Shown here one piece after another: positions 41,001-50,608 of a stretch of 64,000 nucleotides of DNA. This DNA is from Podarcis melisellensis (lineage: Eukaryota), in the NCBI GenBank assembly GCA_964234715.1, contig OZ174281.1; one strand, 5' to 3'. The notes beneath the pieces were generated by a model that was given only the letters and a program-made list of their open reading frames with translations, ran no database searches and had not been told where the DNA came from. The position numbers and the translations under genes were made by a program. Each line of letters opens with the position of its first letter. Within the stretch, counting starts at the first letter, position 1.

Positions 41001-41951
41001 AAGAAGTGCAATACCTTCATTTCATTCTCTATTTCTTTCCATTCCTCAGTAGTAAAATCAGAAGCAGTGGCTGCAGGTTTATCTTTTCGCAGAGCTCTGC
41101 TATTTGGAGCCAAAGACTCAATGCGTTTTTCACAAAATAATACAAGATCAGGATAGAAGCCTTCTTCACCAGATCTAAAAATTAATAAATGTGACATTAT
41201 ACGAACTTCAGTAAGCACAACAAGAATTCTCTTCTGTCCCCTGTAGCCCCCATGCACCTCAAAATATGCTATGACAGGTTAGGGAAAACTCAAGAGAGAG
41301 TGCAGAGAAAGAATATGTCCTGCTGGATGAGTAGACCTCCGCACATACATTAGATATCACCAATAGCAATTTTTAAAGCATAAACCATAAATATTAACTT
41401 CAGGAGTTGTTATAACATGCCCCCCCTTCTGAGATAAAGACTTCCACTATTTTTGTTTGATTTGCTCTAGACTTGTAAGTAGTTTACAGCTGACATTGCT
41501 ACATTTTGTATTGTTTTTGTATTGCTTTTTTAAGCTCAATAGCCATTCAATGGCTCAATTCTGCAAGACCAAAAGCCTTAGCTAGTATAAATCTATCACC
41601 TTCTCAGTCCAAACAACCAATTTATGTTATACTAATGCCATGCTAGCAAGACTAAACTATTTTCACTTATTTAAAATTATGACAATATTTAGCTTCTAAA
41701 CAAGTTTTCTGACAAGGTTTGCAAAATAAGTGATGACCTAGTTAATGTTTAGTTAATATGAATAAAAATATGTAAACCATAACAAAATAAATATGTAATT
41801 TAAATGTTTACCTTAATATCTTAAGAATCTTTTCCAAATGCTTAACATCTTTGCATGTTTCAATGAATTTGTAGTCTAGATGCTCAATAGGAATTTGATA
41901 CGTTTTTGTTGTTCCTTGGCTTAACAAGCATGAAACTTGGTCAGCACTCAT
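18329..41951 (-). CDS. SPAG1: Sperm-associated antigen 1 (TPR co-chaperone, axonemal dynein assembly factor), complete CDS, 18 coding exons, 964 aa
   Basis: Exons in transcript order: 41951-41812, 41174-41015, 40889-40764, 39982-39915, 39124-39012, 38229-38124, 36706-36576, 34670-34564, 33125-32963, 31591-31172, 30810-30711, 27704-27552, 23440-23268, 22914-22773, 22121-21995, 21692-21528, 18972-18604, 18460-18329. They sum to 2895 nt in one frame. N-terminus has IPIEHLDYKFIE; three TPR triads (EKEKGNEAF, LKAEGNELF, LKNKGNEFV); RPAP3-C-like tail KPSNAYEFGQ. Confidence 0.96.
18604..18972 (-). CDS. SPAG1: SPAG1 coding exon 17 (RPAP3-C-like domain)
   Basis: VNEEEE...KPSNAYEFGQII...LSNKLEGDIFLL...LSRAERFK|gtaagg. 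Confidence 0.94.
19658..19969. mobile_element. Tc1/mariner (Tc2-like) MITE
   Basis: TIRs ccatattggcctggatataagc and gcttatatttgggccaatacag, TA flanks. Confidence 0.7.
21528..21692 (-). CDS. SPAG1: SPAG1 coding exon 16
   Basis: NYKASIDDLKKVLLIDSNIEEAKKELQE...RKKIEIQE. Confidence 0.93.
21995..22121 (-). CDS. SPAG1: SPAG1 coding exon 15 (TPR)
   Basis: ALCYLKLFQYEEAKKDCDHVLQIDDSNIKALYRRALAYKGLQ. Confidence 0.94.
22287..22528. mobile_element. Tigger-like Tc1/mariner MITE
   Basis: TA-CAGTTGTACCTTGG ... CCGAGGTATGACTG-TA. Confidence 0.75.
22773..22914 (-). CDS. SPAG1: SPAG1 coding exon 14 (TPR)
   Basis: ENPEEMFKSLKNKGNEFVKKGNYEEALIKYNECIKLNSQEQTIYTN; purine-rich acceptor. Confidence 0.85.
23268..23440 (-). 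CDS. SPAG1: SPAG1 coding exon 13
   Basis: ITRTLIEEDGPNWREKLSPIPVVPVS...; A|gtatgt. Confidence 0.88.
25560..26180 (-). mobile_element. L2 LINE relic (RT fragments)
   Basis: Minus-strand peptides LDPFQSGFLFGFGIETTLVVL and FQCLLKTYVFARAF, typical of CR1/L2-clade ORF2; boundaries approximate. Confidence 0.65.
26341..26480 (+). mobile_element. tRNA-Lys(CTT)-derived SINE with CR1-like tail
   Basis: TAGAGCATGAGACTCTTAATCTCAGGGTTGTGG...AGCCCCAC, then GGGTTGGA...GGTCCCTTCAAACT. Confidence 0.7.
27552..27704 (-). CDS. SPAG1: SPAG1 coding exon 12 (TPR)
   Basis: ALELHPYSLKPLLRRAMAYESMERYRQAYVDYKTVLQIDSGIQVANDSVN. Confidence 0.94.
28017..28154. mobile_element. Palindromic hAT MITE (relatives near 29745-29875 and 61570-61705)
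   Basis: CAGGAGTAGGGAA ... TTCCCCATCCCTG with internal inverted GGCCCTCCAGA/TCTGGAGGGCC. Confidence 0.75.
28305..28519. mobile_element. Tigger-like Tc1/mariner MITE
   Basis: TA-CAGTGGTACCTC ... GAGGTACCACTG-TA. Confidence 0.8.
30022..30215 (-). mobile_element. Squamate tRNA-derived SINE
   Basis: Minus strand GGGTGTAGCTCAGTGATAGAGTATCTGCTTTTGCATGC head ... AAGGCAGCTTC...TTCCT end. Confidence 0.65.
30711..30810 (-). CDS. SPAG1: SPAG1 coding exon 11 (TPR)
   Basis: IQSPEDLSILYSNRAACYLKEGNCVDCIQDCN. Confidence 0.93.
31172..31591 (-). CDS. SPAG1: SPAG1 coding exon 10 (linker and TPR start)
   Basis: TAVLVGG...MGNAQKKF...LKAEGNELFKNGQFGEAVLRYSEAIENVISS; G|gtgagt. Confidence 0.9.
32963..33125 (-). 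CDS. SPAG1: SPAG1 coding exon 9
   Basis: KNLLDIEKKLKELEP...KGKKILIQDIEDSDGDEE...GDK. Confidence 0.9.
34110..34352 (-). mobile_element. L1/Tx1-like ORF1 relic
   Basis: Peptide LQAKLYDLEGMSHRNNLHILRVQE resembles the L1 ORF1p DLE.RSRRNNLRI.G.PE motif. Confidence 0.55.
34564..34670 (-). CDS. SPAG1: SPAG1 coding exon 8 (TPR)
   Basis: FMRRATVYTNLHNFKAAAEDLKKVLHIEPENAIAK|gtaagt. Confidence 0.93.
34894..35266. mobile_element. hAT (Charlie-like) non-autonomous element
   Basis: GGCC-rich subterminal motifs; 8-bp TSD ttttagta/ttttaata. Confidence 0.6.
36576..36706 (-). CDS. SPAG1: SPAG1 coding exon 7 (TPR)
   Basis: SISAFPTVAAYNNKAQAEIKLQNWHVAHQDCETVLKMDPENIK. Confidence 0.93.
37930..38084 (+). mobile_element. 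L2-like 3' end with (TAAA)n(TTA)n tail
   Basis: GAAGCCGCCCAGAGTGGCTGGG...CAGCCAGATGGGCGGGGTATAAAT followed by simple repeats. Confidence 0.65.
38124..38229 (-). CDS. SPAG1: SPAG1 coding exon 6 (TPR)
   Basis: LTTKEKIFIANREKEKGNEAFVTGDYKEAVIYYT; CG|gtgagt. Confidence 0.93.
39012..39124 (-). CDS. SPAG1: SPAG1 coding exon 5
   Basis: FDVEKECSKIDGYEENK...DIDTT; G|gtaggt. Confidence 0.9.
39276..39343 (-). mobile_element. tRNA-Ile-derived SINE head / tRNA pseudogene
   Basis: GCAGCTCAATTGGTTAGAGTGAGGTGCCGATAATGCCAAGATCATGGGTTTGATCCCC, a degenerate tRNA-Ile. Confidence 0.55.
39360..39615 (+). mobile_element. CR1 LINE ORF2 fragment
   Basis: KKANAILGCI...[24 protein letters not shown]. Confidence 0.8.
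39915..39982 (-). CDS. SPAG1: SPAG1 coding exon 4
   Basis: SKTSRNGVIKNKNVPRDYREWD; ctag|...AA|gtatgt. Confidence 0.88.
40764..40889 (-). CDS. SPAG1: SPAG1 coding exon 3
   Basis: SWITEMKEDE...NLPPVRSSDSSLPSKQ; ag/gt boundaries. Confidence 0.92.
41015..41174 (-). CDS. SPAG1: SPAG1 coding exon 2
   Basis: SGEEGFYPDLVLFCEK...EIENEMK; ag/gt boundaries. Confidence 0.93.
41812..41951 (-). CDS. SPAG1: SPAG1 first coding exon
   Basis: ttctag|ttATG AGT GCT; MSADQVSCLLSQGTTKTYQIPIEHLDYKFIETCKDVKHLEKILKIL; AG|gtaaac. Confidence 0.92.
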
Positions 41952-44099
41952 AACTAGAAATATAAAAGGTAATATTTAAATTTTCCCAGTGTTCATATAT
42001 ATTTTGAAATTGCATAGGCTCACTGAATAATGTGTTATAATGTCTTATGTTACAATTTCTTATGTACATATGCACCTGTTTTAAATCCTTCTAGCTTCAG
42101 TCCATTGAAATGGAACAATTTATAGGACCAGGACTTTCTGTGTGGGTAGTACTTTATGCACCATGAATGCTTATATGTATAAACAGCTACTGCTAGGAAA
42201 AAAACCTGATTAAGTGAAAAGAATTTCCTCTGCAGAATTTTTCACATGTATAATTCTGTTTTTGTTTCTAAATCTTTGCAGCCACTGTTTTCTTATTTGT
42301 ATTTGCAATAACAGTTGCTTTTTATTACAACATGCCAAGTGCAGACTTCATAACGTTTATGTTCATTCAGATTTGGCAGCCATCTGAATGTCAAACTTTT
42401 TTCCATAATACAGACTAATTGAACATAATCCTATTTGTGAGAATTATTCTCAGATCCTTTTGCATATAAATAAATCCATTGATTGAATTTTGTCTGCAAA
42501 TTATGTGACTGATGATCTTAGAGTATCATAGGTTCAGAGAACATTGTGTATTTGTGGATTACCTGTTGTGAGAGATCTTCCACATTATTTACCTTCTGTT
42601 CTCCTTATGCAAATCATACAGAATACCTACAAGCTCATTTCTTGAACATGGTTTATAATGCTACAGTTTGTAAGAATACTGAGTATTTTACTGTGCACTG
42701 GTTAACAAGTGCAAAATGTCAGCATCAATTAAAAAACAAACCCTGTAATTTCCCATGAAAATGGAATGCTAGAAAATTTTGACCCATCCCCATTTTGAAA
42801 CATAAAAAACAAAACAAGAATCATTTAAGCCTACAATGTAGCATAAAAACACAATTTCAGCACTGTAATGGGGAAATACATTTTTTATAAAGAATAATTC
42901 AAGGACAATGCCCTCTACAGTTAAAAAAAAGGAACAGGTTGCAGCAAATAAATAAATAATCCACTAGCAACTGTTGCTATGTACTGAAGTGAGCCACAAA
43001 GCTCAGAAATTTCAGGAGATCATCATCTCCTGAAATTAGGCCCTGCTCTACGCAGTTTCACAACACCGCAGAGGCAAGCCTCACTTTTTCAGTACATGCA
43101 GCAAGCTCCTAAAATAACAACATTTTGAAGGTATTCTGCTTTATTTTATATGAATGTCTGAAATAACTGGATCATTTGTGTTGGGTCCCCGATTTCCTTC
43201 CCTCTCCTTTTTAAAATAAAATAAAATAAGAATAAAATGCTTTTATTTGCTTACAGGGCATCTGGGCATAGATGTAAAGCACAGAGCTGGCAAGACTCCA
43301 GCCACCAACCATCTAAATGTGCCCAGAGGTCTAAATTTGTATCTATCTGTATAAAGCAGCACATACAAATTTGTGGTAGCGACCTGTACCATGAGTATTT
43401 TAAGGGCCCAGCCAGCGCCCCTTTATCAAAGTAATTTCTACAGCCTTAGGCCCAATTCACACAAAAATCAAGAAGTGACCTTAGCAACAGTAGTCACACC
43501 CCTATGTTCACCCTCAGAGCAATGAGGGTGGTGGGGAATGGGCATAGTCAGGATTTTGTTTAGGGGGGGGGCAGAACCTCAAATTTGTAATGATTTTAAT
43601 TGATTGGGGGCCAGCTGCCCCCCTTGGCTACGCCCATGGGGGGTAGGAAAAGGAGCATGAAAGATAACAGCTGTGCATGTATGTTGCCCATGTAATATAC
43701 ACCGTTGAGGCTTTTTGCAGTTTCAAATGCCCATGTAGTTGAGCACGGGCATAGCCAGGAGTTATGTTGGGGGGGGGGGCAGGATTTATGTTGGGGGGCA
43801 GAACTGAGCTCCATGTGACACGATTGGTCAGTTACTTGAGCATTTTTATTTATTTACTTGATGGGGGGGTATCTGGCTACAAGCATGTAGCTGAGTGACT
43901 TCAGGCCAATTACCACCACAATCTATCCTACTTTACAGGGTTGCTGTGAAGACAGTCAGAGAAAAGCCATACCCTGAACTTACTGGAGAGAAAAATCAGA
44001 ATTAATTTAATTTTAAAGAAAGAAAAACACACATTGGCACCACCACCTGTTTGCCCCCCTATGAAGCCTGTTCTCCCAATTATAGCTGCCTCTCAGCAT

Positions 44100-44650
44100 C
44101 ATCGCACCTTCCCCGTTTGCATCACCCTAGACTCGCCCCCCCCCCGCTCTCCCACAGCCCTCCCCATCCATCCTCCGCGATTCCTCGCCCTCCCTCTTCC
44201 TCCTGCCGTTATCCTCAAACGGCCACACACAGCATCCCCTGCCCGGCACCGGACGCTCCTACCTGCTTCCTTCCCCAGCGAACGCCGCCACTCCAACGTC
44301 CTTTTCCACAGGAGAGAGAGAGACCCCAGCAACGCTTTGCCGCCGCTCGGAGCGGCCTTGAACCGGCGCCGCTGAGGGAAACCCTACAGGTGGCCCCGCC
44401 GAGAGCCACTTTTTAAATAGAATTCGCTCGAGCAACAAAACGTACCCCCTCAAGCGCATGCGCAGAAGGCGAGCGGCCCACCACCACCTCAGCGCCGTCG
44501 CCCGAGGAAGACAGTCTCCACCGAGGGCCGCGCGGGGCGGTTGCTAAGGAGACGCTGCTCCGTCGCCGCCGCTCTGGAAAGGGCGGATTGCCAACGTTGT
44601 GAGGGCAGGCGCTCGTTCCCCTCCTCCCGCACTTCATTAAAGCGTACATC
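44100..44650 (-). promoter_or_regulatory. CpG island / SPAG1 promoter and probable non-coding first exon
   Basis: GC- and CpG-rich segment upstream of the SPAG1 ATG exon. It has a candidate minus-strand donor GCAG|gtagga (exon edge 44263), an NRF1 motif GCGCATGCGCA at 44454-44464 and an RFX X-box at 44540-44553. Confidence 0.75.
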
Positions 44651-45169
44651 TAAAAACGGTTTAATCTTTCGTCTTCTTGTCTATTGAATTTGTTCTAAAT
44701 ATATCCCAATCCCACCATGTTTTACACTCGCCGAACAAAATCAGGGGGCAACAATGAAGTTCAGCAACTAAAAAGCACCATCATAATTAATAAAAAAAAA
44801 CACCCAGGACTAAACTTTTGCTATAAGAACAGTACTACCGATATGCCACCTTAAAGGTGGCTTTTCATTAGTAGGCTCAAGGAGGCAAACAAGATACCTG
44901 CACAATGGAATACACAAGTAGTAGCACAATTCTAACCCTGTACACAGAGATGAACATCCTATTTAAATCAATGGGGCCTCACACTACTAAGTGGAGTTAA
45001 GAGTTGCAGCCTTAGCCTAACCCTCAATTAACCATTACACTAACCTGGTTCTGAACCCACTATCATCACTCCATGCTTCTTTCCATCCCTTCAAACATAA
45101 GAGATTCTAACAACTAGATTTAGCCACCTGTTTGACTTGGATGCTACAATCACATTAGACCTTAAATGA

Positions 45170-46070
45170 TTTTTTAACTATTTTAATTGTTTTTTCAATT
45201 ATATACATATCGTACAAAGTCACAAAATAGAAATTGACTATAACAAGAAACAGGTAAGTAATCATGTTCATTCTTTTATATAGTGATTGTTGCCTGTGTT
45301 GTTCTTACAGAGTATATTGCCAAGATGTCACCATTTCCTTCAGCCAGAAGAGATTGAGATATCCAAGGATAAATTTCAGAGCAGAAACATGGCATACAAA
45401 TTTGTGATGATCTGGTGAGAAGTTGTTTTATAAACCTGATTTGTTGGTCAATTTAATAAATGACCGTCAAACAGCATAAAATGTGTGTGTGGTTTCTTTT
45501 GCCCTTTCATAACCACTACACTAAGCAGTGAAGTCCACATGCTCCTGGATAATTTGTGGTACTTCCAAACCTATTGTCCATCGATAGTTCTGGGCCATAG
45601 GGAAAGACAATCACAGGGGACATGTTTCCTGTGATTGCATCCCTCCCAAAAGGTAGGTGCAAATCCGTATGTCCTATGGGGTAATTGAACCAGTGTCCTA
45701 TACCATCTATGGATTATCTTGATAGAATTTTCCCAAACATATGCTGAGACATATTTAACTGGTTTGTCTACAGTTGTGTACAGTCATATTCACAACTGTC
45801 TCCCATACCCTCCCATAATCCCTCTAGAGGGCCTATCAAATTGCTTACAAATCCTCCATAAATTAATGACACCATACCCTTACATGGTCACACATAGATA
45901 TTCAATTCTCAAATCATGTTAATGGCTGCCAAGCCTGTGTTTTCAGTCATGGGTCCAATAACAAATGTTGTCATTGGTGTATCTGGAACCATGCTAAATT
46001 CAGGTTTCCTGTATTAGTTGCCAGCTGTTCCAAAGAAACGGGATCGTTATTAACATAAAATAGTATTCCT
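45170..46070 (-). mobile_element. L1/Tx1-like ORF2 3' relic
   Basis: Minus-strand fragments such as IIHRWYRTL, plus an A-rich end; boundaries approximate. Confidence 0.45.
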
Positions 46071-46199
46071 TTTGTTCCCAGTTAGGAAGAGAATTAGATT
46101 TTAGAGTAGTGGGTGATATTATATAACTTTAAAAGATTTTTAAAAGTTTTATCAGATTTCATTACTGGCAAAAATGTCAAGCAAGTACTGGAATAAAAC

Positions 46200-46205
46200 T
46201 TTATT
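46200..46205 (-). terminator. Probable POLR2K polyadenylation signal
   Basis: AATAAA on the minus strand, about 120 nt after the stop codon. Confidence 0.65.
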
Positions 46206-46323
46206 GTCATAACAGAATAATTTACACACTGTCAGAATGAAAGAATGCATTTGCCCATAAGAAAATCAAAGTCTAACATGAATAAAATACATTGCAATAA
46301 ACCAGATGCATCTTCTGTTTTCT

Positions 46324-46346
46324 TCATCGGGCATCAAACACAACCA
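46324..46346 (-). CDS. POLR2K: POLR2K last coding exon
   Basis: ctatag|TG GTT GTG TTT GAT GCC CGA TGA. Confidence 0.93.
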
Positions 46347-49275
46347 CTATAGTAGAGTTAAAGAAAAAAGCTGGAGAGCACAAGGAAAAAACCCTGGTTA
46401 GTTATAAGAATTATGCAAGCAAATTATTTCACGCTCCTAACACATTTCAACAAGAGGCATAAGCAAGAAGCAGAAAGTTTGTGCTTTGTGCTTCTTTCCA
46501 GTGTTCAAGGTGTAACTTTCACATCTCCCTCTGCAATCAGCTGTTCTATCTATTTCAGGGGTAGTCAACCTTTTTATATCTACCGCCCACTAATGCATCT
46601 TTCTCGATGGTAAAATTTCCTTACCGTCCACCAGTGCTCAATAGGAGGAGGATTCAGCTTGTGCCGTAGGACCCCCTACTGTCCACCTAGAATCCTGAAA
46701 CACCCACTAGTGGGTGGTAGGGACCAGGTTGACAACCCCTGATCTATTTAAACACCACTGAATGCAATGGCACTGGCATGCAAATAAAAGCAACTAGGGT
46801 ACAGAATCATAGAATCATATACATATGCACAATTATGGTGCTATGTGCTATGTGTTGAAAATATTTATGGCTGACCAGTTTACACATTACACTTCACAAT
46901 ATGAAGCTGTGTATAATGAAAGGCAGGCAAAGAACACACTTACCAACCAGAGGATCTGTATATGAAATGTAATATATAAAGTGGATCAAAGTATTGTAGC
47001 ACAAGTATTTTAAGTACTGATGAGATTTGTAGACCTTTATTAGTGTAAAATTACGCCATCACATTATAGCAACAAATTCTAAAAGTTCAGGTAGTTAGGA
47101 TCAGCATGCAATAATCAAGCAATGAACAGGCCCACATAGAAGGATACATCTTTTTGTTCTTTTTTTGTACATTATTCTGTATCCACATTCTCTGCATCTG
47201 ATGGGATCTCTTGCTTTTATTTCATTTTCTGTGTGACATTCTGAAAATATATTAAAAAGTATATTAAAAATTGAAACAAAGCAATGAGAACAAAGCTTAG
47301 CAATGTGAGAGAAAAACTGTCCTTTTATTATAACGCACAAAATATTATAAACAATGTCACATTTTATTGAAAAGAACAGAGTCTGGCTAACTCATTTTAC
47401 ATAAATGTTAGAGAAGTTAGGCTGCAATCCAAGTCCTGGGGGGTTAAGGAGAAAGTTGGATTGAGTGGAGGTGTCCCTCCACCTAGCCCTACCGGCCTCT
47501 ACTTGTGGAGTGATGCATCACTGCTGGCATACAACTCTCCATTCCACCCACTGAACATGCAGGTGGAGGTGCTAATGGGGGGGGGGGATTCTGCCACCAG
47601 CACCTGACAGAAAACCCTGAATTAGAACATTCCAGTAGGGGCTGAGCTGGCCTAGGATCCTCTGAATCCCAAACTGTCCCTACTATCATCATATTACGGC
47701 ATTGGCATGATCCAGATTTAGGGGGCAATCCTATGGCAAGACATGCTGCAATTAGCAGTTTACAATGCAGATTTCTGGTTCAGCTGGCTAATTCCTAGCT
47801 CAGCTGAAGATACAACAGTGTAACTTGCTCATCTTGGTTGAGCTGGAGCTGAGCTGAAGCCCATGTAGGTTCAAAAATGATCCTAAACTTGCCTAGCTTG
47901 TTCATGTGACCTGGTAATGCAGTGTAAAATACCATTTTAAAGGCTTGTTTCCCTTCTGTTTTTGACAGAGCAAAAACAGCCCTGCTACTGAACAGGGTTT
48001 GGATCTGGTATAACTACAACAGCTTATTTTATGCCAGTTTTGTGTGCAAAGGTAAAGGGACCCCTGACCATTAGGTCCAGTCGTGACCGACTCTGGGGTT
48101 GTGGCACTCATCGCACTTTATTGGCTGAGGGAGCCGGCGTACAGCTTCTAGGTCACGTGGCCAGCATGACTAAGCCGTTTCTGGTGAACCAGAGCAGCGC
48201 ACGGAACCCACAGTGCCACCCGCGTCCTCGTGTGCATAGGATTGCTCTCTAAATCACAGTTGTACCTCCAGCCCTGCCGTTCTGTTAAACCCATCTACTC
48301 CTCAGTTATGCTTTAGATTGTGAGGACAGAAAACATATATTCACACTGTATTTTATAAATTAGTTTACACTAGAATTATGAAAGGTTCTTAACATTTCAT
48401 ATTGGGGTTTGTCAAATTAGAATGGCATCTGAGTTCAATAGTTATATAGACAATTTATATTTTGATTTTTCATCAGTCCTCAAAGTGGCCTAGGGCATTT
48501 ATAAAGTACAACAGATACACCAAGAACCACCCAGACAAAATAAAACTAATTCCATTGGAGCACAAGCTGGGATCTGATACTCCTTTCCACAGGGCAGTTG
48601 GTAGCAAATGGCCCTGTGGTGGGGAGCAGAGATACCAAACAAAGCAGCAACAGGCACTTTGTGTCATCTCCCTCTCCCTCTCATTTAAACCTACAGAATT
48701 CTGAGATGCAATTCATGACAGGCCTCATGAACGTGAGACAAAACTCTCTCCCCCCCACCCCAGGAGGGTCTGCAGGGATTTATTTTTCAAGCAAAGGTAC
48801 TTCTCCCTTTTCCTCCCCCCACATGTATCCTGCACCGCATCAATGGGTTGGCAGAATTCCCAAAACAGATTTAGGGCATGCACAGGGGGGAATATCCCAT
48901 TGCACGGTGCTTGTACTACTACTAATTTTATTATTTATACCCCGTCCATCTGGGCGGCTCCCAACAGAACACTAAAAACAGAATAAAATTTCAAACATTA
49001 AAAACATGGGACAGGTGTGCTGGATGCCACCCAGGTTTTGCTCAAACTTCTAGGTTGCCGAAACGAGAGAGAGAGAGAAAGATGTGTCGCAACATTATCC
49101 TTCCCTCAGAACGTGAGATAAAACTCAATTTCAGCAACACTCTGTGGCACAGTCACCTTACCAAGAGGCTATACATCACATAACTCCTAACAGTTAGGCA
49201 TTAAATGATCTTACCTCCACAGATGTATATCATAGGTTGCTGCTTTGGAGGAGGAGCGTCTTTCTGGGTGTCCAT
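46324..49275 (-). CDS. POLR2K: RNA polymerases I/II/III shared subunit RPABC4 (RPB12), 58 aa, 3 coding exons
   Basis: Exons 49275-49215, 47240-47148 and 46346-46324 total 177 nt: [58 protein letters not shown], a CxxC...CxxC zinc ribbon. Confidence 0.98.
46347..47147 (-). other. U12-type (minor spliceosome) GT-AG intron of POLR2K
   Basis: 5' splice site GTATCCTTC; branch site TTCTTTAAC (46365-46357) with only 10 nt (tctactatag) to the exon, and no polypyrimidine tract after the branch site. Confidence 0.88.
46556..46741. mobile_element. hAT MITE inside the POLR2K U12 intron
   Basis: TIRs CAGGGGTAGTCAACC and GGTTGACAACCCCTG; perfect 8-bp TSD atctattt. Confidence 0.88.
47148..47240 (-). CDS. 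POLR2K: POLR2K second coding exon
   Basis: tttcag|AA TGT CAC ... AGA T|gtatcctt. Confidence 0.95.
47721..48249. mobile_element. Palindromic MITE (Harbinger-like) hosting a Sauria SINE
   Basis: TIRs gggcaatcctatg and cataggattgctct; tta/taa flanks. Confidence 0.55.
48049..48229 (-). mobile_element. Internally deleted Sauria SINE
   Basis: 5' end GGACGCGGGTGGCACTGTGGG fused to the 3' half with a CTTTACCTTT tail; TSD gtgtgca. Confidence 0.8.
49215..49275 (-). CDS. POLR2K: POLR2K first coding exon
   Basis: gacag|aatATG GAC ACC ... GGA G|gtaaga. Confidence 0.95.
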
Positions 49276-49479
49276 ATTCTGTCAGTAAAAAGAAGACAAA
49301 TCATGCACATCTGTTATGAGTTTAGTACGCATAGTTCTCTTACAAGTCCACTTCAGGCTTGTTGTTAAATAAAATCGGGTGATGGTGTTACAGGCTGGAA
49401 AAGGGAAGCTTTCTACCTGATTTCTTTATTACGCCGATTTTTTACTTTTAAAACCAAGCAAGAGTATGCCAAAAGAAAA

Positions 49480-49830
49480 GAGCACGAGGAAGACGCTACA
49501 TTATTTACCCGCTCCCCCAACCAACCCATGACTCAACCCTCGCGGGTCGATCTATAGTCTCACCCAGGAAGGCAGGAAACTGCATGAATGAGCTACAACT
49601 TTTGGGGAAGGACCTGATTAGTGAATTTATAACCTCACCTTTCAACAGAAACAATCTCCCCCAAAACAGGTTTTTTAAAAACCAGCTCCGTTACCAGTTC
49701 GTATCTCCCATGCACGGCTCTAGGACGCAGCCTAATGAGCACTACTCTTGGGCGCAGGCTGATGACGTAAGAAGCACACACAGCAAGCCAGCGAATCCCG
49801 CCCCGCTAGTTCAGGCGTGTTGTTAAAGAG
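49480..49830 (-). promoter_or_regulatory. POLR2K promoter / non-coding first exon region
   Basis: CpG-enriched; CRE/ATF-like TGACGTAA at 49763-49770; GC box CCCGCCCC at 49797-49804; several minus-strand donor candidates between 49500 and 49700. Confidence 0.6.
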
Positions 49831-49889
49831 CTGGGTTGCAACCCCATTTAGCGCTTTATAATCTTTCGTAATTACTCAGTAAACTAAGA

Positions 49890-49979
49890 GGCTGCAATCC
49901 TAATCGCTTTTACCTGGGAGTAAATCCCAATGATTTCAATGGGATTTACTTCTGAGTAGACATGTTTTAGGATTGCGCC
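49890..49979. mobile_element. Short hairpin MITE (dispersed family; relatives near 3020-3100, 44925-45012, 50430-50505, 52840-52900, 55490-55580)
   Basis: GGCTGCAATCCTA...GTAAATCCCA/TGGGATTTAC...TAGGATTGCGCC palindrome. Confidence 0.65.
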
Positions 49980-50608
49980 TTTAATGGTTTGCTCAGCAAA
50001 TACTTTGTTATAGGAATTCAAAGGAGCAGTTTTTTCTTATAACAATTTGTTCAGGTTTAACTTCAGTATATTAGCTTCCAGTATTACACTGCACTGCAAC
50101 GTACCTGTACGTTTTGAACATTTATCATAGGTAAAACCTGAACTGTGGCTCGGAGCTCAGACCCAAAATCTTTATCAGGGGTTGTGTCTACTTCCTTACT
50201 GTAGTCTACTTCCCGCCCCCTCCTTTTCTCTCTCTTAAAAGTTTATAGGCTGGTTATGATTAAAAATGGATCTGAGCGTTTGCAACGTGTATTTTTCTTG
50301 CGTCAGGTAGCCACGCCAATTCCCACCTCCACCAAGAAAAAAAGAGTTAGGAGGCAGCGTGTCCTGTCACAAGGTGTATTTTAATGCAAATTAGTTCTGT
50401 ATCTTTCAGATAGGTTGGGTGCCCTTAATGCTACAATAAATACTTTCCTGTAAGCCCCACTGAACATAGTAGGGCTTATTTCTGAGTAGTTATACACAGA
50501 ATTAGACTCACTAGGAGTAAACCAAATACAGCAGGAGCAAACCAAAAACAGAGTAGCAAGTAGTAAGAATACTACTACTAAGCTTTTAAGTAGTATTTTA
50601 GACTGTTC

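Noticed and set aside
44034-44649. Cluster of overlapping Pro/Arg/Gly-rich ORFs
   Set aside because: This is the expected artefact of a stop-poor CpG island.
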